A stretch of DNA of 64,000 nt from an uncultured Planctomycetales bacterium. Its GTDB lineage: Bacteria > Omnitrophota > Gorgyraeia > Gygaellales > Profunditerraquicolaceae. The notes below the pieces were generated by a model, which did not search any database, had not been told where the DNA came from, and saw only the letters and a list, made by a program, of their open reading frames with translations. Position 1 is the stretch's first letter. Each line of letters starts with the position of its first letter. The translations under genes were made by a program, and so were the position numbers. The stretch lies in contig CAZYCL010000002.1 in assembly GCA_964645795.1 (NCBI GenBank), positions 208,352-272,351 of the forward strand, in the 5' to 3' direction. Below, piece by piece: positions 47,636-57,968 of this stretch.

Positions 47636-48871
47636 TTATATGTGAGCAAATATTTTTTGCGTCACCAGGCTTGCTGCCCCCAGCGCTACCGCGTTTTCCC
47701 TCAGCTGCGAATAGATGATCTTCAATTCGCTGGTGGCTTCCCTGAAAGCCCAGGCCTTGACTGTGGAGCTTACGATGTTAAGAAAATCTTCCCCTGCTTC
47801 TTCCATCCCGCCGCCGATCACCACCACTTCCGGATTAAGCAGGTTGACTAAATAGGATATCTTTATCCCCAGCCTTCTGGCGGCGTGCTCCAGGGCCTGG
47901 CAGGCTACCGGTTCCTTTGCCCTGCCGGCGATAAAGACGTGCTTCAAATCTATTTTATCCGCCTCTTCCAGGGCGGCGGACTTAAGAAACGCCTCTCTCT
48001 TCTGGGGATCCTGAGAAAGGGCTGACTTGACCTCTGAAACGATACCCAGGTCCATCTCCCATCTTTTGATGAAGCAATCCTTAGCCAGGGCGCAGTTGAA
48101 CTGATCGTCTTCGCGGTAATTATATACGGCCACCTCTCCGGCGTAACCGTTGGAGCCGCGGTAGACTTCGCCGTTGATCATTATACCGCATCCCACGCCG
48201 CTGAACATGTATATGACGTTCTTGAAGCCTTTCTTAAGGTCAAGCCAGTGCTCGCCGAAGCAGGCGCTGGTAGCGTCATTCTCGATAAGGGTGGGCAGGT
48301 TAAACTCCTTTTCCATAAGGTCCTTAAGAGGCAGGTCCACGGAGGCATAAGTATAATAATTATCTACTTTCTGCGGCCAATGAATGGAGCCGTTTTCTTT
48401 ATTGATGAGTCCGGCGATGCCCACGCCTATGCCCCGGATGTTGGATATCTGGTCTTTTGAGCGCCGCAGTATTTCGCGCACGATCTCCAATAACGACTCG
48501 GATATCTCCCTTACCGACGGCTGGGGACGGGCGATCTGGGTTTTAGTCACGATATTGCCTTTTAGATCTACCAATAGCCCGACCATGTTCATAAGATTAA
48601 GCCCCACGCCGATGACAAAACCGGCCTGCGCGTTCAAATCCAGGAGCACCGGACGCCTGCCGCCTTCGGAAACATCGAGCTCTTTTTCATAGACCAGATT
48701 GCGTTTGAGAAAATCGTCTATGTAATTGGAGATAGTGACGACATTGACTCCCATCTCCTTGGAGATATCCGGACGCGATATCGGGCCCTGGCGGCGCAGG
48801 ATCTCCAGTATGTCGACGTTACGCCTTTCCTTTTCGCTTAAGTTCTCTTTTTGCAGGTCAACCTGACGCAT
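47636..48871 (-). CDS. ROK family transcriptional regulator/sugar kinase (NagC/XylR-like).
   Basis: N-terminal winged HTH and a ROK kinase domain (GIGVGIAGLIN, a CxCGxxGCxE-like Cys cluster). Confidence 0.75.
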   Translation of the reverse strand: MRQVDLQKENLSEKERRNVDILEILRRQGPISRPDISKEMGVNVVTISNYIDDFLKRNLVYEKELDVSEGGRRPVLLDLNAQAGFVIGVGLNLMNMVGLLVDLKGNIVTKTQIARPQPSVREISESLLEIVREILRRSKDQISNIRGIGVGIAGLINKENGSIHWPQKVDNYYTYASVDLPLKDLMEKEFNLPTLIENDATSACFGEHWLDLKKGFKNVIYMFSGVGCGIMINGEVYRGSNGYAGEVAVYNYREDDQFNCALAKDCFIKRWEMDLGIVSEVKSALSQDPQKREAFLKSAALEEADKIDLKHVFIAGRAKEPVACQALEHAARRLGIKISYLVNLLNPEVVVIGGGMEEAGEDFLNIVSSTVKAWAFREATSELKIIYSQLRENAVALGAASLVTQKIFAHI

Positions 48872-49003
48872 GATTATCCTTCTTGCATTCTAAAAAGATT
48901 CTAAATAGTTTAATAATATATTTACTAAAATAGTATTTTATACTATTATCCTCTTATAAGTCAAGCACTATTAATGAGTAAGGGAAAAACTCCCTTAGCC
49001 GGT

Positions 49004-50563
49004 TTAATCGGTTATCTCCAAAAATAACACGTCGCAATCTACGAACTCCGTAGGGGAAACCACTGTCACAAACACCTCTTTTATCCCTTTTCCTGAGTAG
49101 GTGGTCTTAAAAGATGGCTCCTGTGCCGCGGGAGAGGAGCTGCCCGTATTGCCGCTCCAAAGGTACTGCAGCTCAACCGGCAGGCAGCCTGTCTGCACCG
49201 AATAAGCGGATGATTCAACGGCGATCTCAACTCCGGCCTTTGCGCGGCTGGGGTTAGATTTAAGAAAGAGCCTTCCCTTATCATGATATACTTTTGATTC
49301 CGACAACACCGCGTCCATGAAACTTTTCAGGCTGTATTCAATAGGCAGTCCGGATTCTATCTCCTGAAGCCTCTTCTTGGCAAGAGAGGCGGTCTCGGGG
49401 TAGAGCTGGCCGCTGTCCTCCACGAGCCTGCTGTAATATTTACGCGCCTCATCAAGGCGCTCTTCCCATTGCTTGAAAAGACCGAGATGATAAAAAGCGG
49501 ATATTTTATTGCTGTCGATCTCTTGCTGGCCGGTAAGCCTGAGGAGATGGTCCCTGGCGGTCTTTAAATCTCCGAGGCAATAAGCGCTGATCAGGCCGAT
49601 CTTATAAATTACGGCTCTCGCTCCGGGAAATCCCGGAAAACGCTTCAATAGATGCTGATACGCCTTAAGCGCTGCTTCAAAATCCTTGCCCTTCTCCAGG
49701 TTAAAAGCGCGCAGATACTCCAGCTCCTGGGTAAGTGCATCTTTACCTGCGGTCTTTTCTATCCTGACAAAGATCTTTTCCGCGTAATCGGGATCGCTTA
49801 AACCCTCATCCTTATAAACAAAAAGGGCGGCGATATCGCCTAAGGCCGAAACAAGTTTTTCCCTGGTGAAGCTGCCGGATATCCTTTGGATATAGGCATC
49901 GTATAGAACCTCCGATAGCTCCGCGTTGCCGTCGGCATAGAATCCGGAGGCGATCTTAAGCAGGGCATCTGCGTTTGCCCTGGAATTTACTATCTTATCC
50001 GCGTAAATCTTGTAGAGCTGGCGGGCCTTGATTTTTTCATCAAGCGCGTAAAGCGAATCAGCGGCTGCTTTTACAGCCTGCGTGTCCTCTGCGGCCTTGG
50101 CATACTCCGCGGCCGCATTCATCAGGTCGCTAAGCGCTTCTTCCGCAAATACATCCTGCATTCCTTTGTAGAACTCCCACAGAAGGATCTTTGCATAAAG
50201 ATGGTACTGATCGGCAGGAGAGCTTTTCTCTATTGCCTTCTCGGCATTAGCTATTAATTGCTGGCGGTAATCATTGCCGCGGGAGAAGTACTCATCCCAA
50301 CCCTGGGTCTCCTCAAGGTATTTTAGCTGCCGCAGGCGTGCCCGGGCCAGATAATAATTAACGCAGCCCGCAGCGGACTTTTCTTTATTGAGCATCTCCT
50401 GCAGCGCAACCGCAAGCCCTTCGTAATTGTTTTTGGCAGAATACTCTTCCTCAAGGCTTCGGCACTGGCTGCAGATATCCCCTGGGCCTTGCAGTTGAGC
50501 CGCCAAAACAGCCGGCCATAAGAGCATTCCCGCAAAAAGTACCGTTAAGGATCTTCGTTTCAT
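49004..50563 (-). CDS. Secreted TPR-like repeat protein.
   Basis: Signal peptide and helical repeat content. No enzymatic motif recognised. Confidence 0.45.
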   Translation of the reverse strand: MKRRSLTVLFAGMLLWPAVLAAQLQGPGDICSQCRSLEEEYSAKNNYEGLAVALQEMLNKEKSAAGCVNYYLARARLRQLKYLEETQGWDEYFSRGNDYRQQLIANAEKAIEKSSPADQYHLYAKILLWEFYKGMQDVFAEEALSDLMNAAAEYAKAAEDTQAVKAAADSLYALDEKIKARQLYKIYADKIVNSRANADALLKIASGFYADGNAELSEVLYDAYIQRISGSFTREKLVSALGDIAALFVYKDEGLSDPDYAEKIFVRIEKTAGKDALTQELEYLRAFNLEKGKDFEAALKAYQHLLKRFPGFPGARAVIYKIGLISAYCLGDLKTARDHLLRLTGQQEIDSNKISAFYHLGLFKQWEERLDEARKYYSRLVEDSGQLYPETASLAKKRLQEIESGLPIEYSLKSFMDAVLSESKVYHDKGRLFLKSNPSRAKAGVEIAVESSAYSVQTGCLPVELQYLWSGNTGSSSPAAQEPSFKTTYSGKGIKEVFVTVVSPTEFVDCDVLFLEITD

Positions 50564-51810
50564 TTTCTCTTTTCTTTCTTTCTCTTATGCGGCTCAAGGA
50601 CCGGTTTCTTCCAAAACTCCCTGATCACGTAGTAGGCCTTGCGGGGGATACGTTTATTCAGTCCCGCTTCCAACTCAGGCGATAAAGCGACTATCCCGAA
50701 CCACTCCTCATTCATGTTCTTGCCGCCGGGAACTAAGATGTCGTAATAGTAGCTGCCGTTGGTCCAGTTGGATTCGGTATCGTGCACGGTCCAGCCGTCA
50801 GGATTAGCCTCATTATGCTTCCACCACTCATCCGTCCATTCAAATATCGTCCCCCCCAGGCAGTTGCCTTCGCCGTTCTTATTTCCGGCCAGGTTCTGGT
50901 AGATCTGGCGCCACTGCGACTCAAGGAAAAACGCCTGCATGTTCTGGTCTTCGGTCTTGCGGAAGGCATCGTAACAATCGGCCCCGAACTCGGCGATGAA
51001 TACCGGACGGTCAAAGGTGGCCTTGAGTGATTTGAAAAGGTTGCCGAAGGTCTTGCCCCGGTAAATGATACAGCCTACCAGATCTACTTGCGGACATACA
51101 TCTTTGGCATACTCAAGCCCTACCAGCTCTCCGTTGCCCAGCGCCACCGGATGTTGACTGTCCACCTTGTGGATCTCGGCTGCGATTTCATTGACAAAAG
51201 AATAATAAGCCCTGGCGCGCATGGCTTTCTGCTTTTGGGGATCGGGCTCTTTATCGATCTCGTCGCTTGACCAGGGATTGACGTGGCCGAAGCAGGAAAA
51301 GTTGTTTTCGTTGCCCAGGACCCAGAAAAGCATCCCCGGCTCATCCTTATAAGCCATGACCATTTCTATGACTTCTTTTTTAACCCTATCCTTGAATTGC
51401 CGATCGCCGTATAGGGGGCAGGGATACTCCCAGAAACCCAGCCAATGCCCCATCACGGTCCTGATGCCGAAATGATCATATAAATCCGAGATCACCTGTC
51501 TTACGGCCCGGACATCCCCTCCTGCCTTATAAATGCGCACGGTGTTGATGCCCATGGCCTTCATGAGCCTGCCGTCGGCCATCCAGGGTTTATTCGGGTC
51601 GCTCCACCAGTCGTATTCATGGCTTTTCCCTATCGGGATAGGGTTATAACAGACGCCTTTAATGACAAATGGGTGGCCTGCGACTATCAGCCGGTACTCG
51701 CCGCTACCCGACTTCTGAATATGGACTGCCGGCCTCTTGGCGCATCCGCAACAGGCTGCCAGTATCAATAACGCCGGGATAAAGGTTAAAAATCTCTTTT
51801 TTAGACTCAT
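50560..51810 (-). CDS. Lipoprotein glycoside hydrolase, (beta/alpha)8 clan GH-A-like (GH5-like).
   Basis: Lipobox LAACCGC and the WVLGNENN catalytic-acid-type motif. Homologous to the C-terminal half of 53156..55504. Confidence 0.55.
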   Translation of the reverse strand: MSLKKRFLTFIPALLILAACCGCAKRPAVHIQKSGSGEYRLIVAGHPFVIKGVCYNPIPIGKSHEYDWWSDPNKPWMADGRLMKAMGINTVRIYKAGGDVRAVRQVISDLYDHFGIRTVMGHWLGFWEYPCPLYGDRQFKDRVKKEVIEMVMAYKDEPGMLFWVLGNENNFSCFGHVNPWSSDEIDKEPDPQKQKAMRARAYYSFVNEIAAEIHKVDSQHPVALGNGELVGLEYAKDVCPQVDLVGCIIYRGKTFGNLFKSLKATFDRPVFIAEFGADCYDAFRKTEDQNMQAFFLESQWRQIYQNLAGNKNGEGNCLGGTIFEWTDEWWKHNEANPDGWTVHDTESNWTNGSYYYDILVPGGKNMNEEWFGIVALSPELEAGLNKRIPRKAYYVIREFWKKPVLEPHKRKKEKRK

Positions 51811-51893
51811 TATTTTGGGACCTGATAAAACGGATTAGCGCGGATACCTTTGTTTGAAAGGTATCCGCGCAGATCCGCGTCTTGCCTTGGTGG

Positions 51894-53054
51894 TTATTCG
51901 TACTTTATTTCATCCAGATAGAAGACTGCTCCCTCCGGATTGTTATCGAGGTTTGCCGACCAGCAAAAACCACCGATTATATAGGACATGTCCTTGCCTT
52001 TCAAATCAATGGTATACTGGGTCCATTCTTTGGTCAATATCACCGGCCCGATAACCGCGGTATCCGAGTCCGAGTATTCGCCCATGATGCCGCCGATCTT
52101 TATCTCTTCGATGCGCTCCCCACCCTTAGCGCCTCTGGCCCAGAAGGTAAGCTTGGTCGCCTTCGAGAGATCGAAACCTGCGTCGACACTACCCCAGTTG
52201 TTCGCGGGGTTCTGCCAATACACCCCCACCCAGTATGCTCCCTGGCTGGCTTTGCCGCTGTAGGTGAATTTTATGCAGGTCGTGCCTAAGTAAGGGTCTT
52301 CTTTACAAGAGCCGTCGTATCTTATATCGCCGTAGTCACCCATATATCCGGAAGGGATAAAATGGTTGCTGATGGAAGACCGGTCAGCGTAGACATAGAA
52401 CGGCATGGCCTCCTGTTTTTTTGACTCAGGCTTCAATGCCGGATCGGCCTCGAACTTGATATCGTCAAGATAGAAAGTCGCGCCTTCCGGGTTCAGGTCC
52501 GAGTTGGTCACCCAATTGAAGCCTCCGCTGATATAGGAGAGGTCTTTACCCACAAGATTGATCGTGTACTGCTTCCAGGTATCAGTCAACTCGACCGGAC
52601 CCATCTCGGCTACAGCCGTATCCGGATAAGTGCCCTTGATACCGCCGACCTGGAATTTCTGTATTACCTCTGCGCCCTTAGCGCCCCTGGCCCAGAAGGT
52701 AAGCTTGGTCATCCCGGTAAGGTCAAAACCACCCTTCTTGGAGCCCCAGTTGTTCGCGGGGTTCTGCCAAAAGATACCTGCCCATCCCTGTCCCTGGGAT
52801 TTCTTGCCGGTATAGATGACCTGAATACAGGTTGTGCCGGAATGCGGCTTGTCCGCATACTGGTCGTTGAGCCTGATGTCGCCGTGGTCGCCCATATACC
52901 CGGAAGGGATATAGTGATTGCCGCGGTTGCCTTTATCCGCATAGACCTGGAACTCTTTGGCTTTGCTGTCCGCCATCTGCTGCTGGGCAAAAGCCGGGGC
53001 TAAGAAACAAACCGTGATTAACCCCATGATTGCTAGTTTCTTCATTTCTGCCAC
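51894..53054 (-). CDS. Secreted protein with two tandem ~175-aa carbohydrate-binding-module-like beta-sandwich repeats.
   Basis: Signal peptide. Two internal repeats sharing IPSGYMGD.GDIR, GTTCI, WQNPANNWGS, KLTFWARGAKG and FYLD.IK.E. The DNA-level duplication is visible. Confidence 0.5.
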   Translation of the reverse strand: MAEMKKLAIMGLITVCFLAPAFAQQQMADSKAKEFQVYADKGNRGNHYIPSGYMGDHGDIRLNDQYADKPHSGTTCIQVIYTGKKSQGQGWAGIFWQNPANNWGSKKGGFDLTGMTKLTFWARGAKGAEVIQKFQVGGIKGTYPDTAVAEMGPVELTDTWKQYTINLVGKDLSYISGGFNWVTNSDLNPEGATFYLDDIKFEADPALKPESKKQEAMPFYVYADRSSISNHFIPSGYMGDYGDIRYDGSCKEDPYLGTTCIKFTYSGKASQGAYWVGVYWQNPANNWGSVDAGFDLSKATKLTFWARGAKGGERIEEIKIGGIMGEYSDSDTAVIGPVILTKEWTQYTIDLKGKDMSYIIGGFCWSANLDNNPEGAVFYLDEIKYE

Positions 53055-53155
53055 CTCCTTATTTTCTGATGCTTTCTTTCTTTCGGTTGATTATTTTTTA
53101 GTTTAAATACCATCCGGCTGTATTTTGAGTCTATGGCCCCTCCTTTCGCGTGGCT

Positions 53156-55504
53156 TTATTTCCATAATCTTTTATACATAAAATAAGACTGGCGCAGCTG
53201 ACGCAGGAAGGGGCTGAGCTTGCCGTCTCCCTGCCCGCAGAGCCCTAACCACTCCTCGTGCATCGTGCCGTCCGGAAAAGGGCCGAGCCAAGTTCCTTTG
53301 GTATCGTGGATCGCCGGCTCATAAGCCTTCCACCATTCATCCATATATTCAAATGCCACTGCTCCCAGGGCATTACCGGCGCCGCCCTCGGCAAAGGCCA
53401 TATTGCTTTCGATGTCTTCCCAGGAACCGCGGTGATACTGCGCCTGCAGCTCCTCTCCTTCTTCTTTACTCTTACCGTCGGCAATGGCGGAGCATCCGTA
53501 TTCGGTAATAAAAGAGGCGCGGTCCGCCTCCTCCTTTACCTGGCGCCAAAGCATGCCGAATCCGTAATCGCCCCGGTAGGCATTGGCCGCAAAGATATCT
53601 ACTTCCGGGCAAAGCTTGCCGAACTTATCCAAAAAGACAACGTCGCCGTTGCAGATGGCGACCGGATGATCTGGATCAAGCTTTTTTATCAGGGCGGCGG
53701 CTTCGTTTACAAACTGAAAATACGCCTGCGGCTTGGCATCGGCGTTACAGGCATAACCGTAGACATTCTCATTGCCCAACAGCCACATCAGTATATAGGG
53801 TTCATCCTTGAACTCCCGGACCATCCCGCTGACGGTCTCCAGCATCTTCTTTTTGTGCTCGGGGTTTTCGTAATCCGTGCCCGGGTTCCAGTTGGCGCCT
53901 GAGCCTATGGCGTATTTGCCCAGGAAATCGCCCATGATCACCATGATGCCGTAATCTGCATAGAGCCGGCGCAGGAGCTCTTTGTTTATCTTCATGGGAT
54001 GGTGATAGAGCCTAATGGTATTGACCCCCATATCCTTCATTAGTTTAAAATCCCCTACTGCCGGCTCATCTTCATCCCGGATATTATTGAGGTTCTTGTC
54101 CACAAAGGCATCGTACGGCCCGTCGACCCTGCCGTTCTTGTCGATATCGGACTCCATCCAGTTGGCCAGCGTGCCGTCGTCCGGAGACTCGCCTACCCTG
54201 CTGGGCGCGTAGGTAATGCCTTTTATGGTATAAGGCTTGTTGTTGACTAAAAGCTGCCAGTCGCCGGTTTCATACTGCACCAGACGCACCTTGCCCTTGC
54301 CGCGGCGCTTTTTTATGCTAAGAAGGCCGGTGTCGGTCTTGGGCTTTAGCTTATCCATAAGGCCGACTTTGACAAACCTCCCCGGGTTTGTGATGACAAT
54401 GTCGTTGGAGACATCCCTGTCAAAACCGTTGATGATGCGGATATCCGCATCAACCAGCTTATACCCCAGCTCGGGGTGGCGGCGCAGAAGGAAGTTTATC
54501 TTGGCGATTGCAGCCTGGCCTACATACCAGGGGGTCTTAAAATAGGTTATGCCGTAGCTGCCGGGAAAATGCACTACGATGGCATAATAGGTTTTGATGG
54601 CGTGCTTTAGCAACCCCGCCTTCTCCAGTATAAGGCCTTGATAAAACAACTTCAAGCCTTGCGGTTCCGGGGCGATCGCCCATTTGAAGAATGCCGCCTG
54701 CAGGTCGGGAGAACGCAGCATATACCAGTGTTCTTTTCCTTTTTCTTCGGACGGCAAGTTCTTGACTTCAAAACGCTTCTCCTTGATCGCCTTTTTGAAC
54801 TCCGGGTCCCAGCGCACCGATGAAGCGTTGGGATAGATCCCCTCACCTACAGCCAGGATCAGCCCCTCCTGGTCCTTTACTATGTACTTGTAATCCCTGG
54901 TGCCGACATTTGTAAACTCTCCGTACTTCTGGTAATCAACTACATCTTCCTTGCCGGGGTCATAAAGATTGATTTTGGTAACCAGCTGGCTTGGCTGCGG
55001 CTGCTTTACCTGCTCAAGGACGTTGGAGCCGGTCTCCATCTTTTTGATACTTTTCTGAGAAGCTTCGGCAATCTGCCAGTACCAGCCGCGCTGGTCCCAG
55101 GCCTGCGCAAAAGGGTATTTGTCAACGATAAGCCGGAAGATCTCCTTGGCCTCCTGGACCCTGCCTTGCCGCATCAGGCTCTCGGCCTGGATAAAATAAG
55201 CCGTGGCCACGTAATTTAAAGCCGGGACAGCCTCGATCTCATATTTGCCTTTCGGCAGCTCTTTCAAAGAAGCCTGCTGTTTATCCGCCTCATCCTTATA
55301 AAGATCGATGCACTGCTGAGTATATCTGAAGGCAGCTTCGGTATCTTTATTGCCGTGCGCCTCCCAGGCCTTGTCAATGAGGCCTTTGGAGCCGGGCCTG
55401 ACTTCTTCTGCGCATAAACCCTGCAGGCCGCAGGCCCCAAGCGCAAGCAGCCAAAACGTAAAGGCAAAAGTTATAACTGGATTTTTTAACCCCCTATGCT
55501 TCAT
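53156..55504 (-). CDS. Secreted TPR-domain protein fused to a clan GH-A-like glycoside hydrolase domain.
   Basis: Signal peptide, an N-terminal TPR-like region, and a C-terminal WLLGNENVYGY...ITEYGCSA TIM-barrel hydrolase domain paralogous to 50560..51810. Confidence 0.55.
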   Translation of the reverse strand: MKHRGLKNPVITFAFTFWLLALGACGLQGLCAEEVRPGSKGLIDKAWEAHGNKDTEAAFRYTQQCIDLYKDEADKQQASLKELPKGKYEIEAVPALNYVATAYFIQAESLMRQGRVQEAKEIFRLIVDKYPFAQAWDQRGWYWQIAEASQKSIKKMETGSNVLEQVKQPQPSQLVTKINLYDPGKEDVVDYQKYGEFTNVGTRDYKYIVKDQEGLILAVGEGIYPNASSVRWDPEFKKAIKEKRFEVKNLPSEEKGKEHWYMLRSPDLQAAFFKWAIAPEPQGLKLFYQGLILEKAGLLKHAIKTYYAIVVHFPGSYGITYFKTPWYVGQAAIAKINFLLRRHPELGYKLVDADIRIINGFDRDVSNDIVITNPGRFVKVGLMDKLKPKTDTGLLSIKKRRGKGKVRLVQYETGDWQLLVNNKPYTIKGITYAPSRVGESPDDGTLANWMESDIDKNGRVDGPYDAFVDKNLNNIRDEDEPAVGDFKLMKDMGVNTIRLYHHPMKINKELLRRLYADYGIMVIMGDFLGKYAIGSGANWNPGTDYENPEHKKKMLETVSGMVREFKDEPYILMWLLGNENVYGYACNADAKPQAYFQFVNEAAALIKKLDPDHPVAICNGDVVFLDKFGKLCPEVDIFAANAYRGDYGFGMLWRQVKEEADRASFITEYGCSAIADGKSKEEGEELQAQYHRGSWEDIESNMAFAEGGAGNALGAVAFEYMDEWWKAYEPAIHDTKGTWLGPFPDGTMHEEWLGLCGQGDGKLSPFLRQLRQSYFMYKRLWK

Positions 55505-57029
55505 TGCCCCGTCTTTCCCCTCTGCGCCTTTCTTCCTCTATCCGTCTTTCTTCCGCTCGCCTTTCCCCTCTGCGCCTCTCCACCTGCGCGCGGATCTCAT
55601 AAGCTCTCGTTTCCGAGATGTCAAAGGTCATGATAATAAAAATAGCGATCGAAGAGGTGATGATGGGGATGCCGACATCGCACATCCTCATCCAGAATAA
55701 CGCGCTGACCGTCTGATTCGCGCCTAAGGCGACATTGAAACCGGTCAGGTTAAGCAGGACCCCGGCCAGGACCGAAGCGCCGGCTTGCCCGAGTTTTTGT
55801 ATCCACCAATATATTCCGCTGAACATCCCCTCCCTGCGGGTGCCGCAATTAAGCTCATCCAGGTCGCAGACATCGGCGACCATGGACGGGATCATGGTAA
55901 AAAGCGCTCCCAGATGGAACGCCAAAAACGGCACAGCTATCATCAACAGGTAAGGCTGTTGCGGGTTATACCCGACCCATTTCAGAAAATACCCGATTAT
56001 GGCAAGGCAGGTAGCGATTAAAAAGGCCTTGCGTTTGCCGACCTTGGAAGAAATCCAGGTAGTCAGAGAGATGGCGATCAGGGTGCAGACCGAGCTTGCC
56101 GTTCCGAACCACCCTAGCAACGTGCCTCCCTTTCCCCAGTCGCCCGCATAGACATAGTAGACAATGACGTAAAGCGTAAAGGCGGAAGCCAGCATGAATC
56201 CGTTGAAGATCAAAAAAGTCACCGCGATAAGCTTGACAAAGGGCAGGCACTTTAAAGAAGTGGCGCAATTGCTGAGAAGATTTTTTATAACATTCCAGTT
56301 CTTGCCTTTTTCGGGCCTGGGCAGCTGAGAGAAATACTCTTTGTTAAAGATTGCCGGCAGTATACCCCCAACCACGATAAATACGCCGACCATGATGGCG
56401 ATGGAGCGCGCGCCATGGACGATGTCGGTAAACATCTCCTTATTGTTCATGATCTTAAAGAACCACGGCGCCACCAGCCAGGCGATCTGGGCGAAAAAGT
56501 TGCTGAAGCCCTGCAGGCGGGTGCGTTCATGGTAATCGGGGGTCATTTCATAACCCAGGGCGATCCAGGGGATGGAATAGCAGGCAAAGGAAACCACGAA
56601 CAGGCATTGGATTACCAGGAAATACCAAAAGTAGAAACTTTCGGTACGGCCCTTGTATAACTGGAACATCAGGGCAAACAAAAATCCCGAAAAAATGGCG
56701 CCGAAGAATATCCAGGGCTTACGTCTTCCCCAGCGGGTGCGGGTATTATCCGAGCTATGGCCTATCAGGGGGTCCGAGAAAGCGTCGATAAGACGGGGGA
56801 TAGCCCCTACCAGACCGACTAAGGCCGGATTCACTCCTAATCCGAGGTTTAAAACGATGACCAGCGAACCGATGGCGGCGGCCTGGAATTGATTGACGAG
56901 CGAGCCTATCCCGTATACGACTTTTTGTAAAATAGGAACGCGGTCTTGCGGGGCTGTAACGTGGTGTTTCGGTTGCGCTTCTGCCTGACCCATTAGTTTA
57001 CCTTTCTTCTTTTCCCGCTTCCCGATCAA
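55494..57029 (-). CDS. MFS transporter, glycoside-pentoside-hexuronide (GPH) cation symporter family, with an Arg/Glu-rich C-terminal tail.
   Basis: 12 TM helices, a GPH-like signature (DxxxDxxGxRxxxxxxG-type loop), and the tail RAQVERRRGERRAEERRIEEERRRGERRGNEA. Confidence 0.7.
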   Translation of the reverse strand: MIGKREKKKGKLMGQAEAQPKHHVTAPQDRVPILQKVVYGIGSLVNQFQAAAIGSLVIVLNLGLGVNPALVGLVGAIPRLIDAFSDPLIGHSSDNTRTRWGRRKPWIFFGAIFSGFLFALMFQLYKGRTESFYFWYFLVIQCLFVVSFACYSIPWIALGYEMTPDYHERTRLQGFSNFFAQIAWLVAPWFFKIMNNKEMFTDIVHGARSIAIMVGVFIVVGGILPAIFNKEYFSQLPRPEKGKNWNVIKNLLSNCATSLKCLPFVKLIAVTFLIFNGFMLASAFTLYVIVYYVYAGDWGKGGTLLGWFGTASSVCTLIAISLTTWISSKVGKRKAFLIATCLAIIGYFLKWVGYNPQQPYLLMIAVPFLAFHLGALFTMIPSMVADVCDLDELNCGTRREGMFSGIYWWIQKLGQAGASVLAGVLLNLTGFNVALGANQTVSALFWMRMCDVGIPIITSSIAIFIIMTFDISETRAYEIRAQVERRRGERRAEERRIEEERRRGERRGNEA

Positions 57030-57103
57030 TTCGCAGCGGGATCCCGCCTGCTGTCATTTAACTATTCAGGCGGGACAGTTGAGAAAACAACGGGGCGGTC
57101 TTC

Positions 57104-57967
57104 TTATCCGAATATCGCCCCGCTTGTTACTCCTTTAACAATATACTTCTGCATCAACAGATACAATATGACTATCGGCAGTGCCGCTATGGTCAACCCT
57201 GCCATCAAAAGCGGATAATTGGTCAGGAACTCTCCCTGAAACACCATCAGCGCCCGCTGAAGAGGCATGAGGCTCTTATTGTCGAAGATTATCAGGGCCA
57301 GCACGTATTCGTTCCAGACATTGAGCGCGTTAAATACCACGACTACCGCCAATACCGGCTTTGCCAAGGGCAGGGCCACGTGCCACCATAGCCCCAGCTT
57401 AGAGCAGCCGTCTATCCTGGCCGCATCTTCCAGCTCGCGCGGAAGCTTGTCAAAAAAAGTCTTTAAAAGGAAAATGCTGGTGGACAACCCTACATTTATC
57501 ATGCACAAAACGTAGCCTAAAGCGGTATTCCTTAAATGCAGCTTGGTCAAAACGACGTATAAGGGCACGAAGCTTCCGGGGATGGGTATCATCATCGCCG
57601 CCATGAACATAAGAAAAAGCAGGTTCCTGCCGCGGAACTTAAAACGCGAAAATGCGTAAGCGGCTAAAGAAGCGATAATGACTATGCCGATTACGACCAG
57701 TATGGTGTAAAACAGGCTGTTGATGGCGTACCTGCCAAACCCCCCTTCCCTCCAGGCAAGTATGTAATTCTCAAAGTGCGCCTCCTTCGGGATCAGAGAC
57801 ATGTCCTTGAATATCGCCTCCTGGGTCTTCAGGCTCGATGAGACCATCCAGGATAAAGGAAAAAGGCAGGTAACGGTGACGATGAGCAAAAAGAGGTGGA
57901 TGAATAAATTGATCAGCGCCCTCTTGATCTTATAATAAGCCCCTATCTTTACATCCATGATGTTCAT
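57104..57967 (-). CDS. ABC sugar transporter permease (MalG-like).
   Basis: 6 TM helices and an EAA motif region (EDAARIDGCSKLGLWWHVALPLAKP). Confidence 0.8.
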   Translation of the reverse strand: MNIMDVKIGAYYKIKRALINLFIHLFLLIVTVTCLFPLSWMVSSSLKTQEAIFKDMSLIPKEAHFENYILAWREGGFGRYAINSLFYTILVVIGIVIIASLAAYAFSRFKFRGRNLLFLMFMAAMMIPIPGSFVPLYVVLTKLHLRNTALGYVLCMINVGLSTSIFLLKTFFDKLPRELEDAARIDGCSKLGLWWHVALPLAKPVLAVVVVFNALNVWNEYVLALIIFDNKSLMPLQRALMVFQGEFLTNYPLLMAGLTIAALPIVILYLLMQKYIVKGVTSGAIFG

Positions 57968-57968
57968 T

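Noticed and set aside
51988-52815. Plus-strand ORFs with repeated SAPLAPLAQKVSLV peptides
   Set aside because: They are antisense reflections of the internal duplication in the tandem CBM-like gene and are not independent genes.
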